This document shows positions 43,740-56,584 of a DNA stretch of 64,000 nt, piece after piece (within the stretch, counting starts at the first letter, position 1; each line of letters starts with the position of its first letter). The notes below the pieces were generated by a model. That model made no database searches. It saw nothing but the letters and a program-made list of their open reading frames with translations, and was not told where the DNA came from. The position numbers and the translations under genes were made by a program. The stretch lies in assembly GCA_964187785.1 (NCBI GenBank), contig OZ076409.1:93808001-93872000 (forward strand), given 5' to 3'. This stretch comes from Amphiscolops sp. MND2022. Lineage: Eukaryota.

Positions 43740-46700
43740 TACTTTATACTTTTCAGAAACGAACAAAGAGCCATTGAGCGACTATAGAAACTCCTCCTAA
43801 CAGTTTTGGGGAATACCTGCCGTGTACTCGAAAAGTAATCAATGAAGTAACGTGGGTAATTTTCAAAAATGTAATGACTGAAATACTCGTGTAACTAATA
43901 CATGTACACGTTGTGGATTTACAATAAATTTGTGGAGCCAACAGATGAAAATATGCAATTGCAAGCCAGTATTATGCAAATTTTTAGAGCTTATCCTTGC
44001 TTCGTTTGCTTTTCTATCTCCAGACCTCTTCAAGCTTTCAGAACAAAGAAAATGGTTGCAGATGCGATGTAAGCACTAGGATCAAAAATAAGTATCATTC
44101 CTCTTCTAGCCTAGAACGAACTATATTCGCTAAATACTTTCCTGATAATTTTGTCCCACAAAACTGAAATCAATAAACAACCAAAATCGAAACGTGTTTT
44201 GAAGATATATGTGTTTTAACAGGATAAAAAGTGTGATTCACCGACCGTAAAAATGCTACTGAAAGGGTGTTATAAAAAATTGATGATCGTAAAAATGTGT
44301 TTTTATACAAGTTCGTGTTATAAAAGTTTTGGTTCGGAAAAAAGTATACCGGAAACAATTGAAATTAGTCATCATTGCTTTTGGCAAGTTTATCGAACTG
44401 CTTAAAAATGGTAGATTTGGAAATCATTCAAAAAATTGCAAATAACATCGATAATAAATATTTTAATCCGAGTTTTAAATTTGAAAACAAAAACATTTTA
44501 ACCAAGGAAAATTTAGGTGAAACATTTGAAATTCCTAATATTCATTGAAATCAAATTTGATTCGTTTTCTGATTCAGATCTGACAGCCAAAATCAGCAAT
44601 TGAATCGAATTACGAGCTCAGAAAAAGAAAAGAATTTTTAACTTGTTGAAACGAAACCTGCGTATATGTTCAATTTTTAATGCATACATTTTTCCGTTTC
44701 ATTGGAAAGTGTCAACTTCATTGATTGACAATTGATTGATCGATTTTGAGTTTGAACTTGAACATGCATTTTTCCGCCAATGAATAGACTTCTTTAGGTA
44801 TCTCGTCTCTTGAAAATTTCCGCCCATTTTTCATGGAATCAGCCAGATCAGATTGTTTAGAGCATGACATCATTGTAACACGGTTGAGTTTCATCATTTT
44901 CAAAAAGACGACTTTCTCAGTAAAGCTTTTCTAACCGAAACTTGTCATAATATTATCCAATTTGTTACTGAAAAGATAAAGCTCCATCCACAGAATATAT
45001 TTGCTGCCAAAAAGTTGGTACGTCGGAAAGTTTGTGAAGATGATGGAAGAAAAATGTTGAAAATTAAATGTTATCGGGGCAAATACTTTTATATTAAACA
45101 TTATCCACCATCAATTGCAAGGAATCCCAATAAAAGGAGCGTTTTCCACCATTATTTTGTGTTTGTGAGACATATTTCGTCTCGAGTTGAACAATTGACG
45201 GGAATATTGGCTTCTAATGGGGAATGCAGTTCCGGTATTATTTTGTCGAACAAAAACTATTTCGTCTGAAAAATTCGGATGTAACGAAAATTCTTTTGCC
45301 CATTTTTTCTAGCCAATTAAATTTCCAAATTAATAAACGGTTTTTCGGGTAATCTTTACCCGTAATCCATGCCTATTGTTGCAAATATTCCATGCCTACA
45401 TTAATCCATGCCCAATAATTTTCAAACTAGACTAGTTGAGCAACTTAGTAGTTTTAAATCTTGTTGGGTAGATTGTTTCGTGATCCTTTTTGTCGTGCAA
45501 ATGGCATTTTTTCACCGCGGCCCGCGTTTTTCGGTCTACCTGTCAGGACTGTTGAGGTTTCTGAGATAGCTTCGAAACCTCGGGCTTAAGCTCATTGCAA
45601 TTGATTACGAACAATTACATCAAAACAAGTACTTTTCAGAATCACCGATATTTATTATAAATATTTTCCTTTTTTAAAAGGTTTATGATATTGTTTTTGG
45701 CTCTAATTGTAATTAGCATTTCAAACACAACTGAGACAACCGATAATGTCGAAGTTTAGTTTGATTAGAATGATTTTTCAGACATGTATTTCAGACATTA
45801 CATGTATTGATTATCTTTCAATTTGCCTGGAAACTTGCTGTCCGCATCTTCAGCGGACCTTTTCTCAGTAAGGAAATTTTCTCCCACTATTGTATACTGG
45901 CCATACATTGGGAGGGAGCACAAAAAACCTAAAACTCCATTAAAATTATTTGAAGGTTTTGTTAGATTAGCTTCATTGGTTTCTGAAAAAACTTTCGGGC
46001 ATATAAAAGATGGAAGAAAGAAAGAAGAACCGTCTTAGGATCGAATTTCAAAAATTTAGAAAAGTTGCGTCGAATTAAGAACGCTTTGCGCATGAAATTC
46101 ATCGATTATTCATTGATGTGCTCGTATGCACGCAATACATCATTTAAAAAACAGTCATGCTTATAAATATGTCTTCTCTCCAGCCTGAAAGCATCGATTT
46201 AGCTCATAGATGCATTAAGACATCATATGCAGAAAAACCTTGAAAATGGAACAATTTATCTGTGATAAAAGGCACCTTAATCAAAGAGATTTCCCACAAT
46301 TTCGTACAAATGAAACAAGCACGGATATATGTATGCATTATGTGCGTATAATCAGAGCCATTAGATGCGCGCGTTGCAAAATTCAGCCTGATTCATGTAC
46401 AATATATGTATTCCATTTAAAGATTTTGCAGCTCGCAAGTTATAGCTACTTTTATGTGAAACTCTCCATTAATCTTCATCTTGCGATGACAACACTTCAT
46501 TTACGGCTTTCAGCGCTGATTCGAGCTAATTAAATGCTGACGTGTGAAAACAACATACAGGCAAAAAAGGAACTAGATCCTGGTTCGAACCAAATTTATG
46601 ACACCTAGACCTATAAGTGGCAGTTGCTTAGTCGTTGATGCCTTGTGAAGGCATCAAAAATGTCAAGAATACTTCAATCCAGCAAAAATAACAGACATCA

Positions 46701-47055
46701 TAATCTTGACATTGAAATTGATGAGGATTAAGTGTGCCAGTTTCAAGAATTCATAGACTATTTAACAAACAAAAATTATATTGCATACAAATGTTGAACA
46801 CACTGCAGTGTCTTACAAACATGTCTTATAAAACTGAAAAATTTTGTAAAGATTTATATCTCCGTTTCCAAGAAGACCAAATTAAAATTAAAAATGTTTC
46901 AAATACTTTCATTTCATGTTTTTTTTTCACAAACTTCAAGCCTATATGATTTTTAAAATACAGATTTTAGAGCCATACTTCCGGAAAAACTGCATTTCAA
47001 GGAACTGGGAAGAACAACAGCTAGCAAATTGTGTTCCCGAGTTTCCTCATTGCTA

Positions 47056-47235
47056 CCCTAGTTCACAGTGCATGAACTTTTTACATGTTTTGATAGGTTG
47101 CCTGCCACTTTGACTAAGATTTCGAACGAACCTTTGAAGTATTTTCATGCTCGAAAATTCCCTCTTGCAGAGCTGATAATTATCCAGCTTTTTATCGAAA
47201 TTTATGCAAAACTTGGCGAGTTTCATGAGCAGCAT
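47056..47235 (+). mobile_element. 5' fragment of CCC-TIR family A
   Basis: CCCTAGTTCACAGTGCATGAACTTTTTACATGTTTT, then collinear with the other copies for ~180 bp. Confidence 0.6.
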
Positions 47236-47780
47236 TTAAGTTGTGGAAAACAAAAACGCGAAAAAACTTCTTTGTTAACTAGATTAAAAATTGTGAAAAG
47301 CACTATATGTGTAATCGAGAGAAAAACGCTCCTAATTAGCCTAAACCTCACTATTCTTAGAACTTAATCTTCATTGAGCATAATTCTATTTTCGTGGCAG
47401 CCTCACTCAAAAATCCCATCAGGAGAAACGTGAAATCAGGAGAACCATGGCAATTTTTCGAGATAATTCACCGTACCAGCTTCGAAAAACACTGCTGGTA
47501 ACTTCTTTTCAAATGAAATCATAAGGGATGATTTTTTTCCATTTAGTAAATTGCAGGAAACTGAAGTGACTTGAATTGGAAATTAGGGTTGAAAAAATGA
47601 GTTGAACAAGTCTTGGATTAAATTGAAAGAAACTTGAGCTCTAAAGTTTAATATTTTCTTTATCGACTCATGAAAGATTATCACTACTCAAGTAACACTA
47701 AAATGAGTACATTGATAAGGAATAATCGTTGGAAATAGTGTTGGAACGAAAGAGTTTTCTGCAGAAAGAGTTTAAAGGTT

Positions 47781-48701
47781 CCCTAGGTTACAGGAATCAC
47801 AAATCTTGCAAAATTCAACCGAAATTCTTGCCAACTTTGCTTTTCTTACAAGAATCTTATAAATTTGTACAAGAACCGCAAATTTTGCAAATTTGTTACA
47901 ATGTCGAACATTTCTTACAAGATTCTGATAACATTTTTGCAAAAATTTCATTTTTTTCGTAACAAATTCTTACAAAAAATACAAAGTGATATTTCGACCA
48001 AAAATTCAAAAATCATCAAATTACCAGCAACAACAGCCACATTTACCGTTTACAATGCACAGACTGCTCCAGGATCCCAGAAAAATGGTCAAAATAGTTA
48101 ATTTTGACCAAGAAGAATTTACATGCAATTTTACCCCCGAAAGTTACTATAACGTATTCCGGTAACCCACCACCGACTAACAATGCATTAATTTACACCA
48201 ATGCAAAACCAAAATACCCTTATATGTCTAGCAGGTCAAACTACGACTCAGTGGATAACTCTGGATGAAAAATCATCACAAGCAACCCACTCAATGTTTG
48301 AAACCATCAAGAAAAGGGAAAAAACCACATCAGGAATGTCAGTCTGAAAACTATAAGTCCACAGCTCCGAACGGTGAAAGTTCAGAGGCTATTACTGTTG
48401 CGAACCAAATGCATCGTACTACGCTTCACCATTCTCTCAGTAACGGATGATGCAATTGTATCATACTTCCCGTTCAGATAGTGATTTTTGAAGGCGATCA
48501 GATTTTATCTGAGGCAAGAAAAAATGCAATTTTTGTAAGAAATTTGTCAGAATTATGCATTTTTTGTAACATTCTGAGCAGAAAAATGCAAATCTTGGAA
48601 GATTTTTGCAAGAGTTAGATTCTAAAAATGCATTTTCTTAGAAGATCTTACAAGAATTCTTGTAAGAATTTTGCAAGAGTTGTGGTTTTTGTAACCTAGG
48701 G
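47781..48701. mobile_element. CCC-TIR family B non-autonomous element (CMC/EnSpm-like), 921 bp
   Basis: TIRs CCCTAGGTTACAGGAATCACAAATCTTGCAAAATTC / GAATTTTGCAAGAGTTGTGGTTTTTGTAACCTAGGG; subterminal TCTTRCAAGA motifs; TSD TT. Confidence 0.9.
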
Positions 48702-49956
48702 TTTATTAAATTAGTTTCATCTAAACAAATAAACAAATTCAATCTTGAGCCATTTGGTGTCGCTTCATTAACATCGACTTTTTATTGACAAAAAACTTTT
48801 CTGAGGAACAAAATAGTCCAACAATGGAGCAAATAATTTTGAAAAAAATTCCCTGTAAATTGGACCACAAATCAAATTACCTGTCATGTGTTTGCATTGG
48901 ATTTCATTGCTATTCACTCTTTCACTTCTGGGGTAACTTCGATGCAATGTAATGTAAAATGCAAAGCGAGTTAGAAAAATAAGAAGTTAGTGATGTATCG
49001 AGTGTCCACTGAGGGTTTCGAAACCTTATTGAAAATATCAGATCCTCCGTGGAAACTTCAAAATTACTGAAGGAGTGAATATGCTTTTTGAGTGAATCAA
49101 GATCGGCTCTTTTTCCTCGCCCCCCCCCACATTTTTTAAAGAAAACAAACTCAACATAAAGGATTATATTTGACTATATCATTCAATATTTCTTCAAATA
49201 AGTCTTTTCCTTTGTTTTGTTGTCTCCACACTATTAGAGTAGTTTTCCACTTGAACAAAAAAAACATTGTTCACACATTTTGACTAATTATGTTCGTATT
49301 GAGTGTTTATTGATGACTCAAAACAGGAAGCTGTTGATTTCTTTATCAAAAATGCGTAACTACATTGGGAAAAAGTGTGAACAAAGTTTGTATCTGAATC
49401 CTAAACTATCGCTCTGAGAATAAATTTAAAACTGAAATGTTTCATTGGAAACGCAATTGAGATATAATTAATTGCAAAAACATCATCTTGAAAAGTGTGT
49501 GTGTGGGGGGGGGGGAGAGAAAGTTCCTCAAGATCTTGTTACGATATAATTTGAATAAACAATGCTTAGTGCACAAAAGACCGTTCATCAGACCGTATAG
49601 TAGAAATAAATAACCCGAGACCCTTTAGTAAAAAGGTTTTTTTTCCCAAAAAAGTCGCACATTACCGAATTCATTCTTAGTGGAAATACGTTTGACTCGA
49701 CAAACGTATTCGAACAGTTTCAAACGTATTCAAAGTTTTGTTTTTCAAAAAGATCAAAATGTAAAAAAAAAAGAAAGTTTGAGGATACTTGAAAAATTCC
49801 GAAAGATACTTTCATTGTGTCAAAAGCATTGGAAGAAGCCGATTGATCTCTTGTAGTTTTTTGACATTGTTACAGAACCTACCTAAAATGGGCTTTCTTT
49901 GTCACCGCTGGATCCGTTTTGGGTCTTAGGATAGTTCTGTTCAACAGGCGACTTAC

Positions 49957-50028
49957 TTCCCGGTACATTCACCGCGCAGAGACACACGAGCTAACCACGA
50001 GGCGAAGTGCAGAGTACTTTCCAGTTTC
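49957..50028 (-). CDS. Candidate host exon (72 bp, phase 2-2: KLESTLHFASWLARVSLRGECTG)
   Basis: CTGCAG| acceptor, |GTAAGT donor, GC-rich, one open frame. Not directly in phase with 52779-52943, so an intervening exon is needed if they belong to one gene. Confidence 0.55.
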
Positions 50029-50580
50029 CTGCAGCGTCTAGTAGTTTGAGGCAAAGTTTGATATTTAAGAAAATAGGAAAAGAATTGGGCTGAATCTGAT
50101 ATATATATATTTTTTCACTTTTGAAGTTTCACGAAGCATGTGTGGAACCTATTTTGTCTTACGGAGTTACAAGAAACTCTTTGCTGAAATTTTTTTTGTC
50201 TAATTTTTTCCATTGAAGATGAACGTATACTGAGAACTGTTTTCTTCCGAAAAACGTCACTATCAATTTCATGTTTTTTCATGACCGCAACATATCAACA
50301 ATGGTTGATTTCCATCCCAAAAAAATTCTCCAAAAGTCGCCCGTTGAACGTAATTAACTTAGGTTCAATCGTTCTAACGTTTCTCGTGATCTGAAACTGT
50401 CGGAATAATTTGACCCCCATTTGCAAGAGCTGTTACAGCAAAGAACGAATTGGGGGAAAATTTGTAAATGGTTCAAGATTTTCAAGAGAATTTCCAAAAG
50501 TTTCTTAAACGTTTGCTCTTTAAAAATCTTCTGAAAGCTCTCTTAATTCTGTTCGGACAGCTCAATTTTGTCCCTGTTTT

Positions 50581-51044
50581 TAGTCGGCGCCTTTTACCTT
50601 AAGGAAAAAAGCCCGACTATTACAGTGGGTAGCTTTTGTTTCAGCCTACAATCTTACATTGAGTGGTCCACTTTTCTTACAATTCTTACAATCTTACAAT
50701 TTTTACAATTTTTACTTAGCTTACGAAGTAGTATTTTTACGTCATCTAAGAAACTCAACGGGCCAAAGGGTTACTCCCTTAGAGTATTTTCGGCTCTGTG
50801 AGACTTTTTTTCGTGAAAATTTTTTCACCGAAGTGTTCCCCCTTCAATTTTTTTGATATTTTCCGACAGAATAGATGTTGAAAAATCCCAAACGGTCCCC
50901 CCTTTCAGTTTTTTCGGCATTGTGAGACCTTTCAATTTTTTTCATAAAAGTGTCACCGATTCACCAATAATTTGACATTTTGAAGTTCTTTTGCTATTTT
51001 TGAGCCTTGGATATGGCGCCGACTTGGGCCGTTCTCGGCTTGTT
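50581..51044 (+). mobile_element. HINE/Helentron-like repeat (family C)
   Basis: TAGTCGGCGCC...CCCGACTA ... GGCGCCGACTTGGGCCGTTCTCGGCTTGTT, inserted in a T run. Confidence 0.8.
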
Positions 51045-51226
51045 TTAGATAAGAAATTATATGGTAAACGATCATTTTTTAAAAACAAAGTTATAAACAT
51101 TGAGTTTAGTCTACAGTGATTGAATTTTGCGCAAAGACAATTTTTCCAGAAAACGATTGAAATGTGCCAATTTACAAAAAAGAACTCGGTCGTTTCATCG
51201 ATTTTTCACAACATGTTCATGCGTTC

Positions 51227-51775
51227 CCCTTGTTGAAACTTCTTGAACTTTTTGCATGTACTTTAATGTTGCCAGCAACTTTTATTATGATTTTCTAAAA
51301 CTCTTACGGAAACTTTAATGAGAAAATATTTACCTGTTGTATTCGACTTTTATCAAGCTGCTTGAAAGATTCATCAAAGTTTTGGCGGCAATTTTACGCC
51401 TTGAAGTTTTGCAGGTTTCATTAAGAAGCAGTTCTAATTTTAAAAGCAAATAAATTGCTCTCAGTTTAACAGCCATTTTAATGCAAAATTACTTCAGTCA
51501 CCTAATAAACTGCAATATACCGTCATGTTTAGCGTCCTGATTGAGACGCGGTGATCACATCAGATGAGTAGTTGAGAAAACAAATTGTAAATACAATAAG
51601 GTCGTGTCGGTGATGATGTTGTATCTATTTTCAAATTTAATTGCAGTAGTGGAAAATGCAGTGTAATTCTACAAGATTTACCACCTGAATTACCCTGAAT
51701 TTTCTAGGTTTTATAAACAATTACCCTGCATGCAGGCCTGCAGCATGTAAAAAGTTCCTGCAGTCTCAACTAGGG
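51227..51775 (+). mobile_element. CCC-TIR family A element, close relative of 40894-41440
   Basis: Same termini and interior as 40894-41440; TSD TC. Confidence 0.9.
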
Positions 51776-52051
51776 TCGAGGGTTTGTTCACCTTGTGGAC
51801 ATTTCGTCATCGTGGTGTGTCTGTTGGGAACCGTAATTTTGGCCGAACATGATTATGGCCGTTTGAGATCTTAACCGAATGTACAAATTGACATTTATTT
51901 CTCTTGACTGCCTTTAATTGTTACATAAAAGTTACAAAATTGAAGCGTAGTTTTCAAGTGGTTTGAACAAATACAATTAAGAATTCAATTTTATTCTACT
52001 ATAAAACTATTCGTCTTCAGCCTTGCTCGGCTGTAATCCATGCGGTTGCAT

Positions 52052-52399
52052 GACATTTCGTCCTATGCAATTTCAACTTATGCAATTTCAACCGTTATCA
52101 GCCTAATTCAGTTGAGTTATTATTATCAGTACAATAGTTAGTAAAGAATCAAACAGCCTAAATTATTGGTAACTATTCATGAAGAAGCTAAAACGTATCA
52201 AAGCTTCCATAAAAATTTGCACAGATTAATTTAGAAATGTATGGAAATGAAAACCACCTTAAATAGATATAACTAATTAGCCAAAATTAGTTTTGATCGA
52301 AATTGCGGAAGGTTGAATATGCAATAGGTTGAAATTGTGAGCGGTTGACATGGCAACGGTTGAAATTGCATAGATTGAAATTGCATAGTATGAAATGTC
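52052..52399. mobile_element. MITE with ~45-bp TIRs built from ATGCAATTTCAAC repeats
   Basis: GACATTTCGTCCTATGCAATTTCAACTTATGCAATTTCAACCGTT / AACGGTTGAAATTGCATAGATTGAAATTGCATAGTATGAAATGTC. Confidence 0.85.
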
Positions 52400-52401
52400 C
52401 T

Positions 52402-52560
52402 CCCGGGTTGAAAATCAACCGCAGTCCACCGGTGGTCACCGATGTTCCACCGAAGCCCCACCGCAGATTATGCGGTGGCCACCGGTGGAGGTACTTAGAG
52501 TCCCACCGGTGGCCCACCGGAGATTCCACCGGTGGTCACCGATTGTTTTACCGATGGTAC
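52402..52560. repeat. Array of CCACCGGTGG palindromes behind a CCC terminus
   Basis: Perfect copies at 52426, 52479, 52503 and 52526, plus several half sites. Confidence 0.85.
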
Positions 52561-52778
52561 AAGGATGATGCTGGTCCAACAAAAATCGGCAGAAGTTCAA
52601 CAGAATTATAGAGCAAAAATTAAAAAGGCGCAAATTTTGCGAAAACCATGGGATTCAAATCTACTCTTGAATACCATTGAGATCTTCATTTGGATACATC
52701 AAAATTTGACTATAAAATCTAGTTTTTGGGTGGGTTTTGGGCTGACAACGATCCATACCACCGTGTCTGTTGACTAAC

Positions 52779-52943
52779 CGATGCCCTGTGAGATGTCGAG
52801 TGAGGGGTTGGACTTGAAGTTGTACTCGTGCATGTCCACAGATCCCGACAGACTGTTGCCCCTGAAACCCGAGGGCGAGGCACTCTTGTACGAGGCCTTG
52901 CTGTCGTTGCGCAATATCGTCCGACTGCCCCTCGAAGCCAGCC
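52779..52943 (-). CDS. Host gene internal exon (165 bp, phase 1-1: GLASRGSRTILRNDSKASYKSASPSGFRGNSLSGSVDMHEYNFKSNPSLDISQGI)
   Basis: TTGCAG| acceptor, |GTTAGT donor, GC-rich island, open frame in phase with exon 55276-55432. Confidence 0.75.
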
Positions 52944-54929
52944 CTGCAATTACATAACTACTACACTCAGTCACACGAACATTAAAAAAACCAGAGTCGC
53001 ATGTGCGGCAAAGGAGTCATACGATTTCAATGCCATTGCACACATAGGACCCTAATATGGTGTAGAATGACTATGAAATATTTCGTTCGAATCGTATGGA
53101 CATTTTTGGGCTAATTTTCGCTATGTTTTCAGATCCCAATCACACGATTTTGATGTCATTGTCATGTCTTTTGGTTTAGAAGTTTATAATGACGGTGCAA
53201 ATTTTATCAAAATTGTATGGACAGTTTTTGAGAAATTTGAAATTTTCATTGAAAGGTCAGGTTGAAAAGAAAAAAACGTACGATTGCATAAATTTTCGAA
53301 AAAAATTCAAACTCCTGAAAAACAAAGGAATTACGCGTGCTATATATGACATCATAAGACACCACAATGATGCAATTTTGATTGTTCAAAACGTTGCTGC
53401 GTTGACAATTATCTCACAGTAGTTTACACAAAACCGGATCCTTGTGGGTTCATTCAGGAACCTTCTATAATAATCAGAAAACCGGACTTGGAGACCACAA
53501 GGTTACTACACATGAAGGTATTTTGCGTACTTTGCAGAACAATTTAGACTTGACAAAAATTTCTTGAAATCACCAATGAAAGAATTGCAAGACAAGATGT
53601 CCAAAGTCCTCTATTTTGTCCACGAACCAATCTCGATCCAATCAACGTCAATTCTATTGGTACATAAAACTATTCATATATTTTTCAGCCACTTTTTTCG
53701 TTCTACCTGTGTGGGGAAAGGAAAAGAGAACAATTATTTGAAAGTTCTACATATAAATGCATTTGATTTTTCTTGGATCTATTTTGGTTAGGGGGGAAAT
53801 GCAAGACATTGATAATTTGATTAATCTGATTTTGAATTCGACTTATGTTAGATTACTCAAACATCGAAGGAAGTCGAGGTAAAATCGTAGCATGATCTTA
53901 CAGGAATCACGGTAAAGCCAAAATCGAGCAACGACTCGTACGTAATTTGACGTGATGCCACAGTACAATCTTACCACGAGACGTTCCGTGATGGTACCTT
54001 AGGGTTCGGAGACGTTTCCAATTCATGTCAACCATAGTTAGTTCGAGTCGCAATTTCAATTTTTCCTGACCACTCTCTTGCCAAACACCAAAGTTTGAAT
54101 TGAAAACGAAAGAACAATAAAATTTTAAACAGTTTTATGACAGCTAAAAAACTAGACAAGACATTCTTACAGCTTCCAAACAGTGTTCTGTTTGATCAAA
54201 TACTTTTTTTACAAATAACGTTGCATTGTCACCGACCAAAAATGCCAAACTAAAATGAAATAGCAGTTTTGGAGCACTTTCAGTTGCCAATGAAAACTTG
54301 AACATTGCCCGGAAAATTCTAGTTTGACAAAGAAATCACTAGGAAAATATTGTAAAAAGATCCCGCGCCAAATTCTTTTCTTAAAGACATCGTGAACCCA
54401 TTTCACAAAACTGGATACCTAATAACTTCAAATGTTGGAAAATATAGATTTGTCAGTACATTACATAGTCCAAACCTCTCATGAAGTCTATTCTATGGTT
54501 GACACAATAACTTTAGTTTCCTAGAATCACAAATTTTGCTGAAATCGGTAAGGAAACATCTATTAGTACATTTATTCTTCAAGATTCTTACAAATATTCT
54601 TACAAAGATTATACAAGAATTGTAAATTTTGTCACATTCATACATTTTTGTCTCGGGTTAGAACTTTTCCACCAATGAGTATCTGCAAAAATCTCACTTG
54701 ATGAAGAATTACAACCATTACGATACACATCCCGGTAAAGTGGATTTCAGTCACGCAGCGTAATCTGTGTAATCCGTAAAATGGTCATTCAGCGTAAGTT
54801 AGTCAAGACGGTCTATGCTTCAACGGTGTAGCTGTGTCAACGCGCGTAATGGAAAATAGTGTAAACTAGTCAAAGCACGTAGTTAGTGAAAAGTGGAACT
54901 TAGTCCAAAAATACTCTTTTTCGTAATTC

Positions 54930-55014
54930 AGTCAAAACTTTGACTAACTTCCACTTTTTGCAAATTGCAGATCGCTATACTTGCAATAAGTGGAAGTTAG
55001 TCAAAGTTTTGACT
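54930..55014. repeat. Perfect 27-bp inverted repeat within an AGTCAAA-motif repeat starting CCCGG at ~54730
   Basis: AGTCAAAACTTTGACTAACTTCCACTT (54930-54956) / AAGTGGAAGTTAGTCAAAGTTTTGACT (54988-55014). Confidence 0.9.
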
Positions 55015-55275
55015 AACTTACACCATGTTTATATGCATTCAAAACTCAGTGTTCATTTCAATTCAAATTCATACCTCATAATGACTTCTCAAAAAGTTTG
55101 TAAGAGATTCGATTTTTCCGGTTCTGGGTTCTCAGGCCTTCTCTCATGGGTTCCACTTTGTGAATTTATCGGGAAAAGGTGTCTTTTTCAAAATCTTCGT
55201 ATTGATTTTAATGAGTCAAAAGTCACTGAATTGTGATTGGTTGTAAGGAAGAAGTTGTCTAGTTCAGAAATTTAC

Positions 55276-55432
55276 CTGGTATGAATTCGGAGGCAGCTCT
55301 AGTGGGTGACCTTTTGTACCTGTTGCCCAGGCGCTCATAGCTGGGGGAGGAGGGGCGAGTTGACCCCACGAAAGAAGTCGAGAACCCCGGCTGGGCAATC
55401 AGTGGCTGAGATGGCACTTTGAAAGACAACTC
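55276..55432 (-). CDS. Host gene internal exon (157 bp, phase 0-1: ELSFKVPSQPLIAQPGFSTSFVGSTRPSSPSYERLGNRYKRSPTRAASEFIP)
   Basis: TTTCCAG| acceptor, CAG|GTAAAT donor, GC-rich island, in phase with both neighbours. Confidence 0.78.
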
Positions 55433-56030
55433 CTGGAAACATCCACAAGGCTGTGAAAACTATTTTGGGTTAACAAGAAAAGTTCGGTAATTCATTCTTT
55501 CGATCGTTGATTTCTCTATATGACTATTTTTTTCACCACACCACAGAATAAATCTGAAGTGTGCTCGTTTTGAACAGACTTTGCGGCACTAAGCTACGTT
55601 TTTGGGAAAAAAAATCACTATTTAGTATTGTTTGATGTTCCAAGGTTGAAAATGTTTTTTCGAACTCAAAAGACTCCCTTCTGATATTTTCCGCACCGAG
55701 GTTTTCCAGAACCTTTTTGAAAGCCACCTTGAAGAGAATTGAAAGACCTGGCGCCTTTTGAGCCTAAATCAGGGCACCGACTTTAGACGGTCCCATCATA
55801 TCCAAGTGCAAAATATCTTAGCAAGATCTGCAACATTGCATATTTTCTTGGCGCTCTTGATAAGAATCTTGCCAAGATTCTTACAAAGCGTTTCAGGAAA
55901 ATCAACGAATCTTATCAAGAAATCCACGAGATTGCACACTGGGTTTCTCTAATCGACTGTAAATGTATGGATGGCGTCGACATATGTTTGCATAGGTCAA
56001 ATGACGAGGCTTCGATGGTTACCCCTTAAC

Positions 56031-56392
56031 CAGAGTTTTGACATAGCTAATTTTCTTCACTAATCGCTAAACCGCTAATTTCAAAATCGCTATTTCGCTG
56101 GAAAGTATTCTCCAAAATATTAAATGTTTTAACCCAAGAATGTTTTAAACAAAACGATAACTCAATTCATTTTTTGCAAGACAAAAAACTAGAATTGTTT
56201 ATACTGTGTGGGTTTTGCAGATGACGAGTTGGTATTTTCGAAATTCATTTTGAATTTCCTTGCTTTTCCGAGGAAGACTTCAATTGGGACAATCTATCAG
56301 TTACCACTAATTTACATCGCTAATAGAATCGCTAAAGAACTCTGCACGGCCGCTACTTCGCTAAATCGCTGATTAGCGGTGTCAAAAATCTG
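56031..56392. mobile_element. hAT-like MITE with ATCGCTA subterminal motifs
   Basis: TIRs CAGAGTTTTGACA / TGTCAAAAATCTG and many TCGCTA motifs; no clean TSD. Confidence 0.6.
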
Positions 56393-56584
56393 CACTCATT
56401 TCATTTTTCCACTACCAATATTATTGTGTAAATTCTTCGGCCAAATTGGCGGCACTTTGAAGTGCACTTTTACCTCATTTCTTGAAAACTCAATTTGGTA
56501 GTCGTAAAAAAGCCAATTTTCCTTAATTCTTGAAAAAACCCGAAAAGTCCTCCGATTGGCGTCGTAATGCTGAACTAAACATAC

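Noticed and set aside
44718..45000. Kinase C-lobe-like remnant (GRKFSRDEIPKEVYSLAEKC)
   Set aside because: A short resemblance only, with stops nearby and no other kinase motifs or clear splice frame.
52402..52560. CRISPR-like array
   Set aside because: Repeats are only 10 bp, spacers are short, irregular and built from half-repeats, there are no cas genes, and the context is eukaryotic.
52550..52575. 19-bp phase 1-2 micro-exon that would link exons 52779 and 50028
   Set aside because: It overlaps the palindrome-repeat remnant, and such short AG...GT pairs arise easily by chance; it needs RNA evidence.
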